DNA of 64,000 nucleotides from Opitutales bacterium (GTDB lineage Bacteria > Verrucomicrobiota > Verrucomicrobiia > Opitutales > UBA2987). Both the position numbers and the translations under genes were made by a program. Under the pieces are notes generated by a model. The model saw only the letters and a list, made by a program, of their open reading frames with translations, made no database searches and was not told the DNA's origin. Shown here one piece after another: positions 1 through 11,081 of this stretch (the first letter of the stretch is position 1; every line of letters starts with the position of its first letter). The stretch lies in the NCBI GenBank assembly GCA_965226885.1, contig CBDDEL010000016.1, positions 704,001 to 768,000 on the forward strand, in the 5' to 3' direction.

Positions 1-222
1 TGACCAACGGCAATTTTTCCGTAGGACTGGGGGATATATCTCTGTCGGGCATGCCCGAGTCGATTCCGCCGGATATCTTTGCCGATAACGACGATATATT
101 CCTACGGGTTTGGTTCAGCCCGACAACGAGTGCCTTTCAGCAGCTTCTACCGGATTTAAGGATCGCCTCCGAAGGCTTCGACTTCGCCGCAGCCAGGGCA
201 ATAGAGGCTGATTTCGCCCTAG

Positions 223-1798
223 CCCGGAAATTTCATAAAAAAAGTATCGCTGATATGCTTATCTGCTGATATACAGCAGGATAGATTAAACATTAAAGCA
301 ATATCAGCGATGACAAAAAGTAAACAATTAGAACTACAGTTGACAAGGGTAAAAGGCCGCCGTGTGCGGGTTGATTTTAAGGGCGGTGAGGTTACTTCGG
401 ATGCCGGGCTGCTTTTGATCCGGGAAGTGGATCGGCGGTTGGGCTTGACCGAGCAAGCGGCCCGGCAATTAGTAGACAAACGGCAGAAGGGCAAAGTGCG
501 CCATGAGATGCTGGCCATGATCCGGCAGCGCGTTTACGGGCTGGTGGCGGGCTATGAGGATTTGAACGACTTTGACACCCTGCGCCGCGATCCTTTGTTG
601 CAAACGGTAACGGGGCGCACTGAAGCGTTGGCCAGCGCGCCGACTTTGTGTCGTTTTGAAAACGGGCAGGATCGGCGGGCAGCCTTTGCCCTGAACGAGT
701 TGCTGGTCGAACAGTTCATCGGATCCTTTGCCGAGGAACCCGAAGAGATCATCCTGGACTTTGACGCCACCGACAATCCGGTGCACGGGCTCCAGGAGGG
801 ACGTTTTTTCCACGGTTATTATGATCATTACTGTTTTTTGCCGCTGTATGTTTTTTGCGGCGATCAGCTTCTGGTGGCCTACCTGCGGCCCAGCAAGATC
901 GATGCGAGCAAGCATGCCGGGGCCATCCTCAAATTGCTGGTTAAACGGATTCGCCAAAGCTGGCCCCATACGCGGATTATTTGGCGTGCCGACAGCGGAT
1001 TCTGCCGGGATCGGATTCTCTCGTGGTGCGAGCGCAACGAGGTTTATTTTATAGTGGGAACGGCCCGCCATGCACGCTTGCAGCAAGCGGCCCGGCAGTT
1101 GCAGGAGGCAAGCCAAACAATGGTTCGAGGGTAGCGGCAAAAAGCAACGGCTGTTTCAGCACTTCGAGTATGGGGCAAAATCGTGGCGGCGCCAACGCCT
1201 TATCATCCACAAAGCCGAACACACCGCACAGGGGTCCAACCCGCGCTTCGTGGTGACGAACCTGCAGGGCGATCCCCAAGAGCTTTACGACAAAGTATAC
1301 TGTGGCCGCGGTGAGATGGAGAACCGGATCAAGGAACAGATGCAATTGTTCAGCGAACGCACCAGCGCGCATAAATGGTGGGCCAACCAGTGGCGATTGC
1401 TCTTGTCGGGGCTGTCCTACACCTTGATGGAAGCCTTGCGCCGGTTCGCATTAAAAGGGACGAAGTGGGCGCGGCTCCAATGCCACAGTCTACGGCTAAA
1501 ATTAATCAAGATCGGAGCGGTCATCGTGCGCAACACCCGAACGATTCACTTTCATCTAAGTGAAAGTTATCCATGGGCGCCAGTCTTTTCAACCATGCGG
1601 CCCGCCGGTTGGTGCCAACCTAAAGGGCGCATTGGCGCTGCCCCCGGCGCTACCGAACCAATGGGGGAAAGGGGGAAGTGTCTCTACACCCTGAAAAACA
1701 CCTCAAAATCAAGACGATCCGCCCAAAATACAAAGAAATCCATCTCCATCTCCAATAGCAATAACGAGCCAAACTTTACCCTTCATGAAATATCCGGG
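223..1798 (+). mobile_element. IS1380-family element, copy 1 (frameshifted)
   Basis: Terminal IRs CCCGGAAATTTCAT / ATGAAATATCCGGG; CTAG target duplication at 219-222 and 1799-1802. Confidence 0.93.
310..1623 (+). pseudogene. IS1380 transposase, frameshifted
   Basis: TSDAGLLL, LDFDATD, HGYY and RADSGF motifs; +1 base near 1105 and +2 bases (GC) near 1577 relative to the intact copy at 3482-4792. Confidence 0.9.
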
Positions 1799-1802
1799 CT
1801 AG

Positions 1803-3100
1803 ATGCTGACCATGCCATCATGGCTGATTTTGCGGCATCAGCATCGGAGGCTGGAACACTCAACGGCTTGGATAGCGCGGAGTTCCTCCTCAAGAACGAT
1901 CACGACACTTCCCCAGTCGATGGCATCATTGACTTGGCCGACTTCGCGCAAACAGCCGGAGATGCCGGTACCCTCGACGGGCTTTCCAGGGCTGATTTTG
2001 CAAGGGACATACATACACATGCCGATGTGGACCTATCTGATAATGTGCCTCTTTTAAACGCCAACAACAACTTCATCAGCGCCAATACTTTCAGTGCGGG
2101 CAGCATGACGCTGGGCGGAGACCCGGCCTTCACATTACAACGGCCTGTTAATGCAAGCAACTCGCCGGGAACGAACTTTATCATACAAGGGCAGGATGCG
2201 GGTATCACGGAAGGTCCATTGAATGGGGGAGATATTGACTTAAATCCAGGAGCGGCGAGCAACAGTGGGGTTGACGGCTTAATCAACCTCAATGGCGATT
2301 CGAATGTTACTGGGGATTTGTCGGTGTCCGGCAGTATCACGGGAGACCTCACCGGCACAGCAGACAATGCTACTAGTACCGATTTTCTCGATGGGTTGGA
2401 CAGCTCAGAGTTCCTCCTCAAGAACGACCACGATACTTCTCCCACCGCCGGGCTCATCGACCAGGCCGAGTTCGCTTTCAGCGCCGCAAATGCCGATTTC
2501 GCCCTCGAAGCCGACCATGCCATCATGGTTGATTTTGCCGCATCGGCCTCGGAAGCGGGCACTCTCAATGGGTTGGACAGCTCAGAGTTCCTCCTCAAAA
2601 ACATTCACGATACTTCCCCCTCGGATGGGATCATCGATACGGCCGAGTTCGCATTCAGCGCCGATTTCGCCAGCCTTGCAACGGATGCTGATTTCGCCCT
2701 CGAAGCCGACCACGCCATCACGGCTGATTTTGCCGCATCGGCCTCGGAAGCGGGCACTCTCAATGGCTTGGATAGCAGCGAATTCCTCATTCGCGCCGAT
2801 GAAGATGTTTCCCCCGATAACGGCATCATTGACCGGGCTGATTTCGCCTTCAATGCCGATCATGCCACTAATGCTGATTTCCTCGGTGGCCTTGAAGCGA
2901 ACGATTTCCTGGACAAGACTACCTATGATAACGATGCCAACAGTGAGGTGGATGATTCCAGCCTCTCCGGCAATGTGGCCCTTTTGGATGAAAGCAATGA
3001 TTTTATCCAAGCCAATACATTCAGCGCGAGCACCATGACAGTTGGTGACGGGGCAAACCCTTTTAACCTTACACGGCCAACAAGTACCAGCGGAGATGGA
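1803..3100 (+). repeat. Intragenic coding repeats (~195 bp units plus a longer duplicated block)
   Basis: ADHAIxxDFAASASEAGTLNGLDSxEFL at ~1805, ~2510 and ~2705; NVxLL..N.F..ANTFSA.MT.G...F.L.RP at ~2040 and ~2970. Confidence 0.85.
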
Positions 3101-3312
3101 ACCAGCCTAGTTAGAGGCTGTCCCAAAAGGGTGATTTTTGCGAGGGCTTTTGATAGGCGCTCATTTTAGAGGTATTTGCATTTGGGAGAGTATCAACTTT
3201 GCTCTCCTATGACGTTAGGATACTGGTTTTGGGGTCCGGTTGCCTGGTTTTCTTTGTATGAGCCGACAGTACGGCTGTGAAAAAGTATTGTCCTTGCTTT
3301 TCCGCTCTCTAG

Positions 3313-4879
3313 CCCGGATATTTCATGAAGGGTAAAGTTTGGCTCGTTATTGCTATTGGAGATGGATTTCTTTGTATTTTGAGCAGATCGTCTTGATTTT
3401 TAGGTGTTTTTCAGGGTGTAGAGACACTGCCCCCTTTCCCCCATTGGTTCGGTAGTGCCGGGGGCAGCACCAATGCACCCTTTAGGTTGGCACCAATCGG
3501 CGGGCCGCATGGTTGAAAAGACTGGCCCAAGGATAACTCTCACTTAGGTGAAAGTGAATCGTTCGGGTGTTGCGCACGATGACCGCTCCGATCTTGATTA
3601 ATTTGAGCCGCAGGGTGTGGCATTGGGCCCGCGCCCACTTCGTCCCTTTTAAGGCTAACCGGCGCATGGCTTCCATCAAGGTGTAGGCCAGCGCCGACAA
3701 GAGCAATCGGCACTGATTGGCCCACCATTGATGGGCGCTGGTGCGCTCGCTGAACAATTGCATCTGTTCCTTGATGCGGTTCTCCATTTCACCGCGGCCA
3801 CAGTATACCTTGTCGTAAAGCTCCTGGGGATCGCCCGGCAGGTTCGTCACCACGAAGCGCGGGTTGGACCCCTGTGCGGTGTGTTCGGCTTTATGGATGA
3901 CCAACCGCAGCCATCGCCACGAATCGGCAGCATAGACGAAGTCCTGGAATAACCGTTGTTTTTCACCCCTTAGTTCGAACCATTCTTTGGCCTGCTTTTG
4001 CAACTGCTGGGCGTCTTGCTGCAAGCGTGCATTGCGAGCCATCCCCACGATGTAACTAACTTCGTTGCGGTCGCACCAAGAGAGTATCCGGTCTCGACAA
4101 AATCCACTGTCGGCGCGCCAAATAATCCGCGTACGGGGCCAGCTTTGGCGCATCCGTTTAACCAGCAATTTGAGGATGGCCCCGGCATGCTTGCTGGCAT
4201 CGATCTTGCTCGGCCGCAGGTAGGCCACCAGCAGCTGATCACCGCAAAAAACATATAGCGGCAGAAAACAGTAATGATCATAATAACCGTGGAAAAAACG
4301 TCCCTCCTGGAGCCCGTGCACCGGATTGTCGGTGGCGTCAAAGTCCAGGATGATCTCTTCGGGTTCCTCGGCAAAGGAGCCCATGAACTGTTCGACCAAC
4401 AGCTCGTTTACCGCAAAGGCCGCCCGCCGATCCTGCCCGTTTTCAAAACGACACAAAGTCGGCGCGCTGGCCAACGTTTCAATGCGCCCCGTTACCGTTT
4501 GCAACAATGGATCGTGGCGCAGGGTATCAAAGTCGTTCAAATCCTCATAGCCCGCCACCAGCCCGTAAACGCGCTGCCGCAGCATCCCCAATACCTCATG
4601 GCGTACTTTGCCCTTCTGCCGTTTGTCCACTAACTGTCGGGCCGCTCGTTCGGTCAAGCCCAACTGCCGATCCACTTCCCGGATCAAAAGCAGTCCGGCA
4701 TCCGAAGTAACCTCTCCGCCCTTGAAATCAACCCGCACACGGCGGCCTTTTACCCTTGTCAACTGTAGCTTTAATTGTTTACCTTTTGTCATCGCTGATA
4801 TTGCTTTAATTATTGATCTATCCTGCTGTATATCAGCAGTTAAGCATATCAACGATACTTTTTTTACGAAATATCCGGG
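3313..4879 (-). mobile_element. IS1380-family element, copy 2
   Basis: IRs CCCGGATATTTC / GAAATATCCGGG; CTAG duplication at 3309-3312 and 4880-4883. Confidence 0.95.
3482..4792 (-). CDS. IS1380-family transposase, intact
   Basis: 436 aa ORF with DDE motifs LDFDATD, RADSGF, RGEMENRIKE. Confidence 0.93.
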   Translation of the reverse strand: MTKGKQLKLQLTRVKGRRVRVDFKGGEVTSDAGLLLIREVDRQLGLTERAARQLVDKRQKGKVRHEVLGMLRQRVYGLVAGYEDLNDFDTLRHDPLLQTVTGRIETLASAPTLCRFENGQDRRAAFAVNELLVEQFMGSFAEEPEEIILDFDATDNPVHGLQEGRFFHGYYDHYCFLPLYVFCGDQLLVAYLRPSKIDASKHAGAILKLLVKRMRQSWPRTRIIWRADSGFCRDRILSWCDRNEVSYIVGMARNARLQQDAQQLQKQAKEWFELRGEKQRLFQDFVYAADSWRWLRLVIHKAEHTAQGSNPRFVVTNLPGDPQELYDKVYCGRGEMENRIKEQMQLFSERTSAHQWWANQCRLLLSALAYTLMEAMRRLALKGTKWARAQCHTLRLKLIKIGAVIVRNTRTIHFHLSESYPWASLFNHAARRLVPT

Positions 4880-6365
4880 CTAGGCCGCCGCTTTGGTTTT
4901 TAGTTCGTCTTGCTGGGCCAGCATCTTGGCTACTTTCCATAGGTTGTGCGAGAGTACCGACCAGGCTACGCTGATCGAGCGGTTGGCAAAGCCTTTGCTG
5001 CGCAACCGCCCGGCCTGCCAGCGATTCTTCAATACCCCGATCCGCCCTTCGGTGCTGGCCCGGCGCTTTTGCAATTGTCTGAACAGTGGTTCCTCCCTCC
5101 GTTTTTTCAACTGCTTCGGATCGCGTGGACAGAGCGCGTCGTAGATTCCCTCCTGGGCTAACTGCCGGCGGGCCCGCTGGGAGGCAAATCCCCGGTCCGC
5201 GCACATGGCCGCTATGGGTTCTTCCAGGTTGAAGCGGTTCTGTCTTTGCAAACTCTCTTGCATTTGTTCATTTTCGCTTGGAGTTCGGCTGCCGTAGAGT
5301 TTCCAGTCCAGCAGGTACCCTTCAACGCTTTCTCCCAAAAACAGGGTGTTGCCGAACTCGACCTCTTGGCCCGCTTTACCTCGCACAATCACCTGCCCAT
5401 CGAGTTCGTAAACACTCAAGACTTTCTCTGCGTTTTTCACCTGCCGGCCGCCAATGATCCGCTCGTGCGCCTGTTTGATGACCACCGGGATTTGCTCGCT
5501 CATGCGCTCCATCCGGGCGAGGATCTGTTGGACCTGTTTTTCGCTGTAATCGCTTTGCTCCCAGCAGGCTTGCAATAATTCCCGGTGACTGCGGGCATGC
5601 TCCCCGATCCGTTTGAGCAGCTTTTTCATCTGCCTCAAGATACCCTTGCGCTGCCGCGCGCTGTCCTTTCGCCGCCGGCTGTGGGTCATCTGTATGCACA
5701 GCCGATTCATCTGCCGAGCCAAGGGCTCCGGTTCGATCGGCATGCGATGGCGCAAACCGGCCTTCTCGCGGATCAGCCGGATCGCTTTGAGCAACGTGCC
5801 GGCTACATCCTTGAGTAATACCCAGTCCGTCGGCCAATGAATGTTAGCCTCCAAACAGGTGCCGTCGATCAGGCAAATGGTGGTGTCAATCGGCTTGTCC
5901 AATCCCACCTGCCGGGCCAGAAGGGCATCGCCCACCACCTCAGTCAAGGTCCGGTGCAAGGCCCTCAACTGCTCTTCGCTGAAAAACTTCGAGGCCCGCT
6001 CCAGGGTGCTTTTGGAGATGCCCCTGATGCCATCGATCTGCCGGACACGGCAAAAGTCGGCCAACAGATCGCTGCTGCCCAGAGCCCGCGACAAATGCCG
6101 AAACGAAATCCCTCCGAGCAGACGGCCCAGCGTATCCATGCGCAGTGCCTTGATGGCAAAACTGGCCCGCTGCCGCCGGGCCTTTAGACCCATTGGCGGC
6201 CACCCCTCCAAGGCCAGCTCAATGGCCTGCGATTCCACCTCCGAGTCGATCAGCAGCCGATCGATTCGATCAATGGTGGCGCGGAAGTTATCGTAATCGA
6301 GGCACCCACCGGTCGACCACAGTTAAAGCTGGACGCAGGAGGCATTGGATGGCTATATTTTTCAT
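4880..6365 (-). pseudogene. IS5/ISNCY-like DDE transposase, frameshifted by 4-bp duplication
   Basis: IDGTCLEANIHWPTD and RGKAGQEVEFG motifs; 1486 bp versus 1482 bp intact; CACC doubled at 6303-6310. Confidence 0.9.
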
Positions 6366-6513
6366 AGAAAGGGCTAAAGGGCTATATTGATTTTCGCTAA
6401 CTCAATTATAGAACCCTTTTTTGGCCGGATCGAGCAAAAACTTGCTCTTTCCGGCTCTTTTTATCAACGTCATCCAGTTGACTATAAAATCTTTATATTT
6501 TTGGGACAGCCTC

Positions 6514-7206
6514 TAATATAGAGATGCGGCACCTCACAGTAGAAAACACTGGAGGGAAAGTCGCTATCGAGATTAACAATTCCAATGTTACAGTGTTCGA
6601 TGTCAATGCCTCATCCACCAATGGAACCGGCACCGATAATACCGCCATAAAAATACATGGCGGAGGCACCTCCGTAAGCACCTCCTTGTGCAAGGTTACT
6701 GCCTATGCCTATGGCTCGACACCCATAGGAATAGAATTTGATGACAACCTGGGGAAAATATTGGATTCGGATGTCACTGCGTTTGCCGGGAACGGTGGGG
6801 GCGGCGACACCGAAGCTATCGGGATTTTGATGAACGATTCCGCTACCACTCCCACCGGAGGCGGCAGCGCAACACTCACCAATGTGGATATAAACGCTAT
6901 CGGCGGAACCCTCTCCAGTGTGGGTTTGAGACTGGATGATCTCTCTTCAGTTATTTTTAAGGATGGCACAGCGTTTGGAGACGACTTCGGATTGAATTAA
7001 TTTCCGCCTCCGGGACGAACATCACTATTATCAACAGCCAAATTACGGGTGGTTTCGAATCCCTCAGCCACAACGATGAAATAGTCAACGTGGTCCACTC
7101 GCAGTTGTCACCCCCTGCTAATTTGTTTACTGGACATCAAGTTACACAAACAAGTTGCTACGACGATCTGTTCTTGCCCCTGCCAGATGAAGGGGAGCCT
7201 TTTTAG
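6514..7206 (+). pseudogene. 3' fragment of a beta-helix-like surface protein, frameshifted near 7000
   Basis: NIEMRHLTVENTGG..AI begins directly at the IS end; after TAA at 6998-7000 similar sequence (ISASGTNITIINSQITGG...) continues in another frame to TAG 7206. Confidence 0.65.
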
Positions 7207-7226
7207 AAAGCATATCAATATACTTA

Positions 7227-8174
7227 TCACCGCTGCCGGGCAGTCCAGTGGCGGAGGGAGGCGAGGAGGAAGAATTCGAGGGCTACGCCGTCGGAGAGGT
7301 TGATTTCAACCAGCCCGGCGACACGTTCGAGGCTTGCTACGGCCCCGGCCAGCGCTGGGTAGGGAAGGTCTTGGCCCGCTTCCATTTTTTGGGCGAAAAA
7401 TGCCCGGGTGTGAACTTCGATTTCCCGGAAGAGCCGCTGGCGGACGCCTTTAGCCAGGCCCGTTTTGGAGGCATCGATCTCTTCATCGCTTATTCCAACC
7501 GGCAGCCTTTCTTTTTCATCACTCCAGGCGGCATCGGCGAGAGTTTTTTGCAGGTTGAGAAAACGGGTCAGGAGACCGTAGATGGCCAGCACCATATCGG
7601 CTTTGTCCCTGCTGCCGGAGGGTCCGGCCAGCAAGCTGTCGAGCCATTTTTTGTAATCGTGCAGCCAGTTCGCCCATTCCGCCCCAGCCAACGATTCCAC
7701 CTCGACCGGCAGTCGGAAGCTGAAGGTCCTGCTGCGAATGGTTTCGAGGAGGTTGTAAGGACGGGTGGTGAGGAGCAGGATGTTGGTGTCGGCGGGCGGT
7801 TCCTCGAGGGTTTTCAAAAAGGCGTTGGCCGAGGCAGTGTTCATGCGGTCGGCCTCATAAACGAGGGCCACTTTTCGGCTCCCTTGGCTCGGGGTGTGAT
7901 GGATGGCCCGGATCAGCTCGCGAGTGACGTCGATGCGGATGCGGCGCGCTTTGCGGGAGGGGCGCAAGGTAAACAAATCGGGATGCCCGGAGGCTTTTCC
8001 CGGCGCTCCCAGCAAAACCCCGGCCAGGGCCAGGGCGACTTCCTCCAAAGTGGCCAGGCTTCTGCCGTGCAGGAGAATACCGTGGGCGAGGCGGTTTTTA
8101 TCGAGGGATCTCTGAAGAATTTTTACCGGCCGGCAGGAGCGCAGCGGCTCATCCAATTCGCTGAGTAAGTTCAT
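7227..8174 (-). CDS. holB: DNA polymerase III delta' subunit
   Basis: HPD, ADRMNTASANAFLKTLEEPP and TIRSR motifs; directly downstream of tmk. Confidence 0.9.
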   Translation of the reverse strand: MNLLSELDEPLRSCRPVKILQRSLDKNRLAHGILLHGRSLATLEEVALALAGVLLGAPGKASGHPDLFTLRPSRKARRIRIDVTRELIRAIHHTPSQGSRKVALVYEADRMNTASANAFLKTLEEPPADTNILLLTTRPYNLLETIRSRTFSFRLPVEVESLAGAEWANWLHDYKKWLDSLLAGPSGSRDKADMVLAIYGLLTRFLNLQKTLADAAWSDEKERLPVGISDEEIDASKTGLAKGVRQRLFREIEVHTRAFFAQKMEAGQDLPYPALAGAVASLERVAGLVEINLSDGVALEFFLLASLRHWTARQR

Positions 8175-8910
8175 GCCAGAGTTTGTCTTCGATCCATTTG
8201 CGAGACCTGCTGCCATCGACCACGATGAAACGCTCCGGCAGGGCCTTGGCCAGGAGGAGGTAACCTTCCCGAACCTTGCGGTAGAAATCGATGGTTTCGC
8301 CCTCCATGCGGTCGGGCAGATCGGTGGTGCGGTGCTTGATGCGGGCAAACCCGGTTTCGGCGGGGATATCGAGAACCACCGTTATATCGGGCATGATATT
8401 TCCCACCGCAAAAGTGTTGATGATGTGAACCGGCTCGGCGGATATCTGCCGCCCCACTCCCTGATAGACGGTGGTGGAATCGAGAAAGCGGTCGCAGAGG
8501 ATGATCTTTCCTTTCGACAGTGAAGGGACGATCACTTCCCGCACCAATTGGGCCCGGCTGGCGGCAAAAAGGAGCAGCTCGGCCTCGGGGGTAATTTTTA
8601 TGCCGGCCGAGGCGTGCTTGAGCAGGTGGCGAATTTCCTCCCCAACCTCGGTTCCGCCCGGCTCACGGGTGCAGATGACCGGGTAGCCGGCATCCTCGAA
8701 ACGCGACGATAAACGGCTGATTTGGGAAGTCTTGCCGCTGCCTTCGGAGCCCTCGAAGGAGATGAGCAAGCCGCGTTTCTTCCTGCGGGGCTTCGTCCTT
8801 TTAACTTTGGCCTTGGCGGCGGCCGCAGTATTCTTTTTTGCCAGTTGGCGAGCTCGGGCCGAAGCCGATTTACCGGCTGTTTTGGAATCAGCTTTTTTTC
8901 TGGGTGGCAT
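8149..8910 (-). CDS. tmk: Thymidylate kinase with basic N-terminal extension
   Basis: FEGSEGSGKTSQ P-loop, REPGGT, CDRF.DS..YQG. Confidence 0.95.
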   Translation of the reverse strand: MPPRKKADSKTAGKSASARARQLAKKNTAAAAKAKVKRTKPRRKKRGLLISFEGSEGSGKTSQISRLSSRFEDAGYPVICTREPGGTEVGEEIRHLLKHASAGIKITPEAELLLFAASRAQLVREVIVPSLSKGKIILCDRFLDSTTVYQGVGRQISAEPVHIINTFAVGNIMPDITVVLDIPAETGFARIKHRTTDLPDRMEGETIDFYRKVREGYLLLAKALPERFIVVDGSRSRKWIEDKLWHELTQRIG

Positions 8911-8976
8911 AGTTAGTTTAATTTATTTTAAAAAATCAGAAGCGGAAACATCAATCAACAGAATTCCACTTTGAAT

Positions 8977-10089
8977 TTAGAAATTGCGGATAAAGTTTTC
9001 GATTTCAAACAGAGACGGGCTTCTGCCATTGCGAACGTAGAATCCGGATGCGGCCACCGCCACCGTGAGACAGGCGGGCGGGCTCAAACCAATGATCTGG
9101 GCGACCGCATAGCCGGCATTGAAGTGATCGCCGGCGCCGGTTTCTATGGCCGGTTTTTCCACAAATGGGCCAGGCGTCCACCAGGCGTCTCCTTTATCGG
9201 CACAGGCGGCGGAATCTCTGGGATGAATGACGACGGTGGGAAGATCAAGATTCTGGCAGAGGCGTTGGGCCATGGTTTTGAGGCCATCCTCATTCGGTTC
9301 GAGGGGTTTGTGTCCGCATAGCTGAAAAACACGTTGCGCTTCCTTGAGGTTAAGGCCCAGAGTGACGTGCCCGTGATGGCAAAAGCGCTTGATGGTTGCC
9401 AATACGCTTTGCACATCGCCATCGGTGCGACTTTCGGGATCGGCAAGATCGAAATAAAAAAATCGTCCCCCTTCCCTTGGTCCGAGATTAGGCAAGATTT
9501 TTTCCACAATGGATGTAAAAATAGCCGTCATTTGGGGGATCATGGTCCAATTTACCAAAGCCACTAGGTTGGCCCGGGAAATCGCGTCAATAAAGGGTCC
9601 CTCCCCCACCGCGTTGAGAATTTCCCGGTAACTGATGGCCTCCAAAGAGGAGGATTCAGCGAACATGATCTTGCCATCTTCGAATTCGACGGCATTGGTC
9701 AGGCCGGGTTGGCAGAGTGAAACGGCCTCGGTGCGTGCGGCCAGTTCTTTAAAAACAGGATGCACATCGGGGTGCCCCAGAGAACCGATATATTTCACGT
9801 TCATCCCCGCCTGCAAGAGAGCATGGGCCAAAATGGGGCCGTTGCCGCCCAATTTTTCCGTCTCCCGGTAAAGTTCGATATTGGTGCTCTTGCTCGCCGC
9901 CGCCGCGATGCGTTGGGCAAACTTCTCGATGGTGAGTATGGGGCTGAAGTTCTTCCCCCGCCCGACACGACGATCCACCGCGGACATTATCCTGTCAACG
10001 AATCCATCGAACCCAACGAGCGCCGATTTACCCGAGACGAGGCCGCTTTTTCGAGCCAGTTCCTCAAGAGTTTTCGTTTTGTAGTTCAT
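8977..10089 (-). CDS. PfkB-family carbohydrate kinase
   Basis: LGGNG near the N-terminus and C-terminal TGAGDHFNAG signature. Confidence 0.8.
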   Translation of the reverse strand: MNYKTKTLEELARKSGLVSGKSALVGFDGFVDRIMSAVDRRVGRGKNFSPILTIEKFAQRIAAAASKSTNIELYRETEKLGGNGPILAHALLQAGMNVKYIGSLGHPDVHPVFKELAARTEAVSLCQPGLTNAVEFEDGKIMFAESSSLEAISYREILNAVGEGPFIDAISRANLVALVNWTMIPQMTAIFTSIVEKILPNLGPREGGRFFYFDLADPESRTDGDVQSVLATIKRFCHHGHVTLGLNLKEAQRVFQLCGHKPLEPNEDGLKTMAQRLCQNLDLPTVVIHPRDSAACADKGDAWWTPGPFVEKPAIETGAGDHFNAGYAVAQIIGLSPPACLTVAVAASGFYVRNGRSPSLFEIENFIRNF

Positions 10090-10179
10090 TAAATCAGGAC
10101 GATCATGCAAATGATTGCTGTATGTTGTGAAATGACTTCGCCATGGGCAACCTTTAACGAGCACGGATGCCAATTATCG

Positions 10180-10203
10180 GAAAAGAAGACGCTTCTTCTT
10201 TTC
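10180..10203. promoter_or_regulatory. Perfect 10-bp inverted repeat in divergent intergenic region
   Basis: GAAAAGAAGA-cgct-TCTTCTTTTC. Confidence 0.4.
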
Positions 10204-10295
10204 TAATCGAGAAAAAAATGTCCGCATAAAGCATTCAGGTTTGCCAAAGACGCTTCCTCCTTTCGTTAATAGTCCAAGACAACACAACATAACAC

Positions 10296-11051
10296 ATGGC
10301 AATGAGCCTCGGAATCAACATCTACTACAGTATGGCGGCCGCGGACCTTGGGGGAACGGGCGTGTGGACTTATTTTCAACACTCCAACACGGCCGGGAAA
10401 TGCATCGTCATCGCCCTGATACTTTTCAGTTTGCTGGCCTGGACCGTGATGATCGGAAAATACCTGGAGCTTTCCCGGCTGCGGGAGATGAATCGCAACC
10501 TGGAAAAAAGGCTGGGCGAGGATCACTCAATCCTCAATCTGAAACGCCCTTTTTGGCAAGACGTGCGCGGCCCTTATGCGGAATTGATGCGCACGGCGAT
10601 GGATGCCTATTATCTCACGGATTCCAGAGGGGCTTCCCAAGCAGCTCATATCGGCCATGTGGAAAATGCCCTCCAGCGCGGGGTTGCTCAGGCGGCCATG
10701 ACCTACGAAAGCAAGATGGTCCTGCTCGGCTCCATTGTCACTGGGGCGCCTTTTCTGGGTCTTTTGGGGACGGTGTGGGGTGTCATGGATGCCTTCGGCA
10801 ACATCGCCTTGAAAAACACAGCTAGTATTCAAATGCTGGCCCCGGGAGTGTCGGGTGCGCTCCTCACCACGGTGGCGGCTTTGCTTGTGGCCATCCCTTC
10901 AGTTTTCGGTTATAATTTTTTGCTCACCCAAAGCAAAATCGCCATTACCGAAGTGGAGAATTTTGCCAGTTCCCTGGCCGACCGGATCGAAATCGAGGCG
11001 ATCGAAATGGAAAATGAGCCGGGTGTGGAACCCTTAACCCTGGATCGCTGA
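10296..11051 (+). CDS. MotA/TolQ/ExbB proton channel protein
   Basis: APFLGLLGTVWG and APGVSGALLTT motifs. Confidence 0.93.
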   Translation: MAMSLGINIYYSMAAADLGGTGVWTYFQHSNTAGKCIVIALILFSLLAWTVMIGKYLELSRLREMNRNLEKRLGEDHSILNLKRPFWQDVRGPYAELMRTAMDAYYLTDSRGASQAAHIGHVENALQRGVAQAAMTYESKMVLLGSIVTGAPFLGLLGTVWGVMDAFGNIALKNTASIQMLAPGVSGALLTTVAALLVAIPSVFGYNFLLTQSKIAITEVENFASSLADRIEIEAIEMENEPGVEPLTLDR

Positions 11052-11081
11052 GAAGAAAGGCCGACCGGAATCCGGCATCGT

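Larger units (their letters stand above)
1..3113 (+). pseudogene. Large repetitive surface/tail-fibre-like protein, 5' partial, split by IS1380 (223-1798) and cut by IS5-like element at 3114
   Basis: Frame NGNFSVGLG...LRVWFS...EADFAL continues after the IS as DADHAIMADFAASASEAGTLNGLDS when one CTAG copy is removed; acidic Ala/Asp-rich repeats. Confidence 0.8.
3114..6513 (-). mobile_element. IS5/ISNCY-like element, copy A, carrying nested IS1380
   Basis: IRs GAGGCTGTCCCAAAA at both ends; near-identical to 46071-47888; flanks TAGTTA / TAATAT do not match. Confidence 0.92.

Noticed and set aside
1803..3100. Repeats as CRISPR array or DGR template/variable repeats
   Set aside because: They are in-frame coding repeats without unique spacers, differences are not adenine-specific, and no cas or reverse transcriptase gene is present.
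1070..3169. 699-aa ORF looking like a transposase-adhesin fusion
   Set aside because: Frameshifts in IS1380 copy 1 cause chance read-through across the IS end into the interrupted gene.
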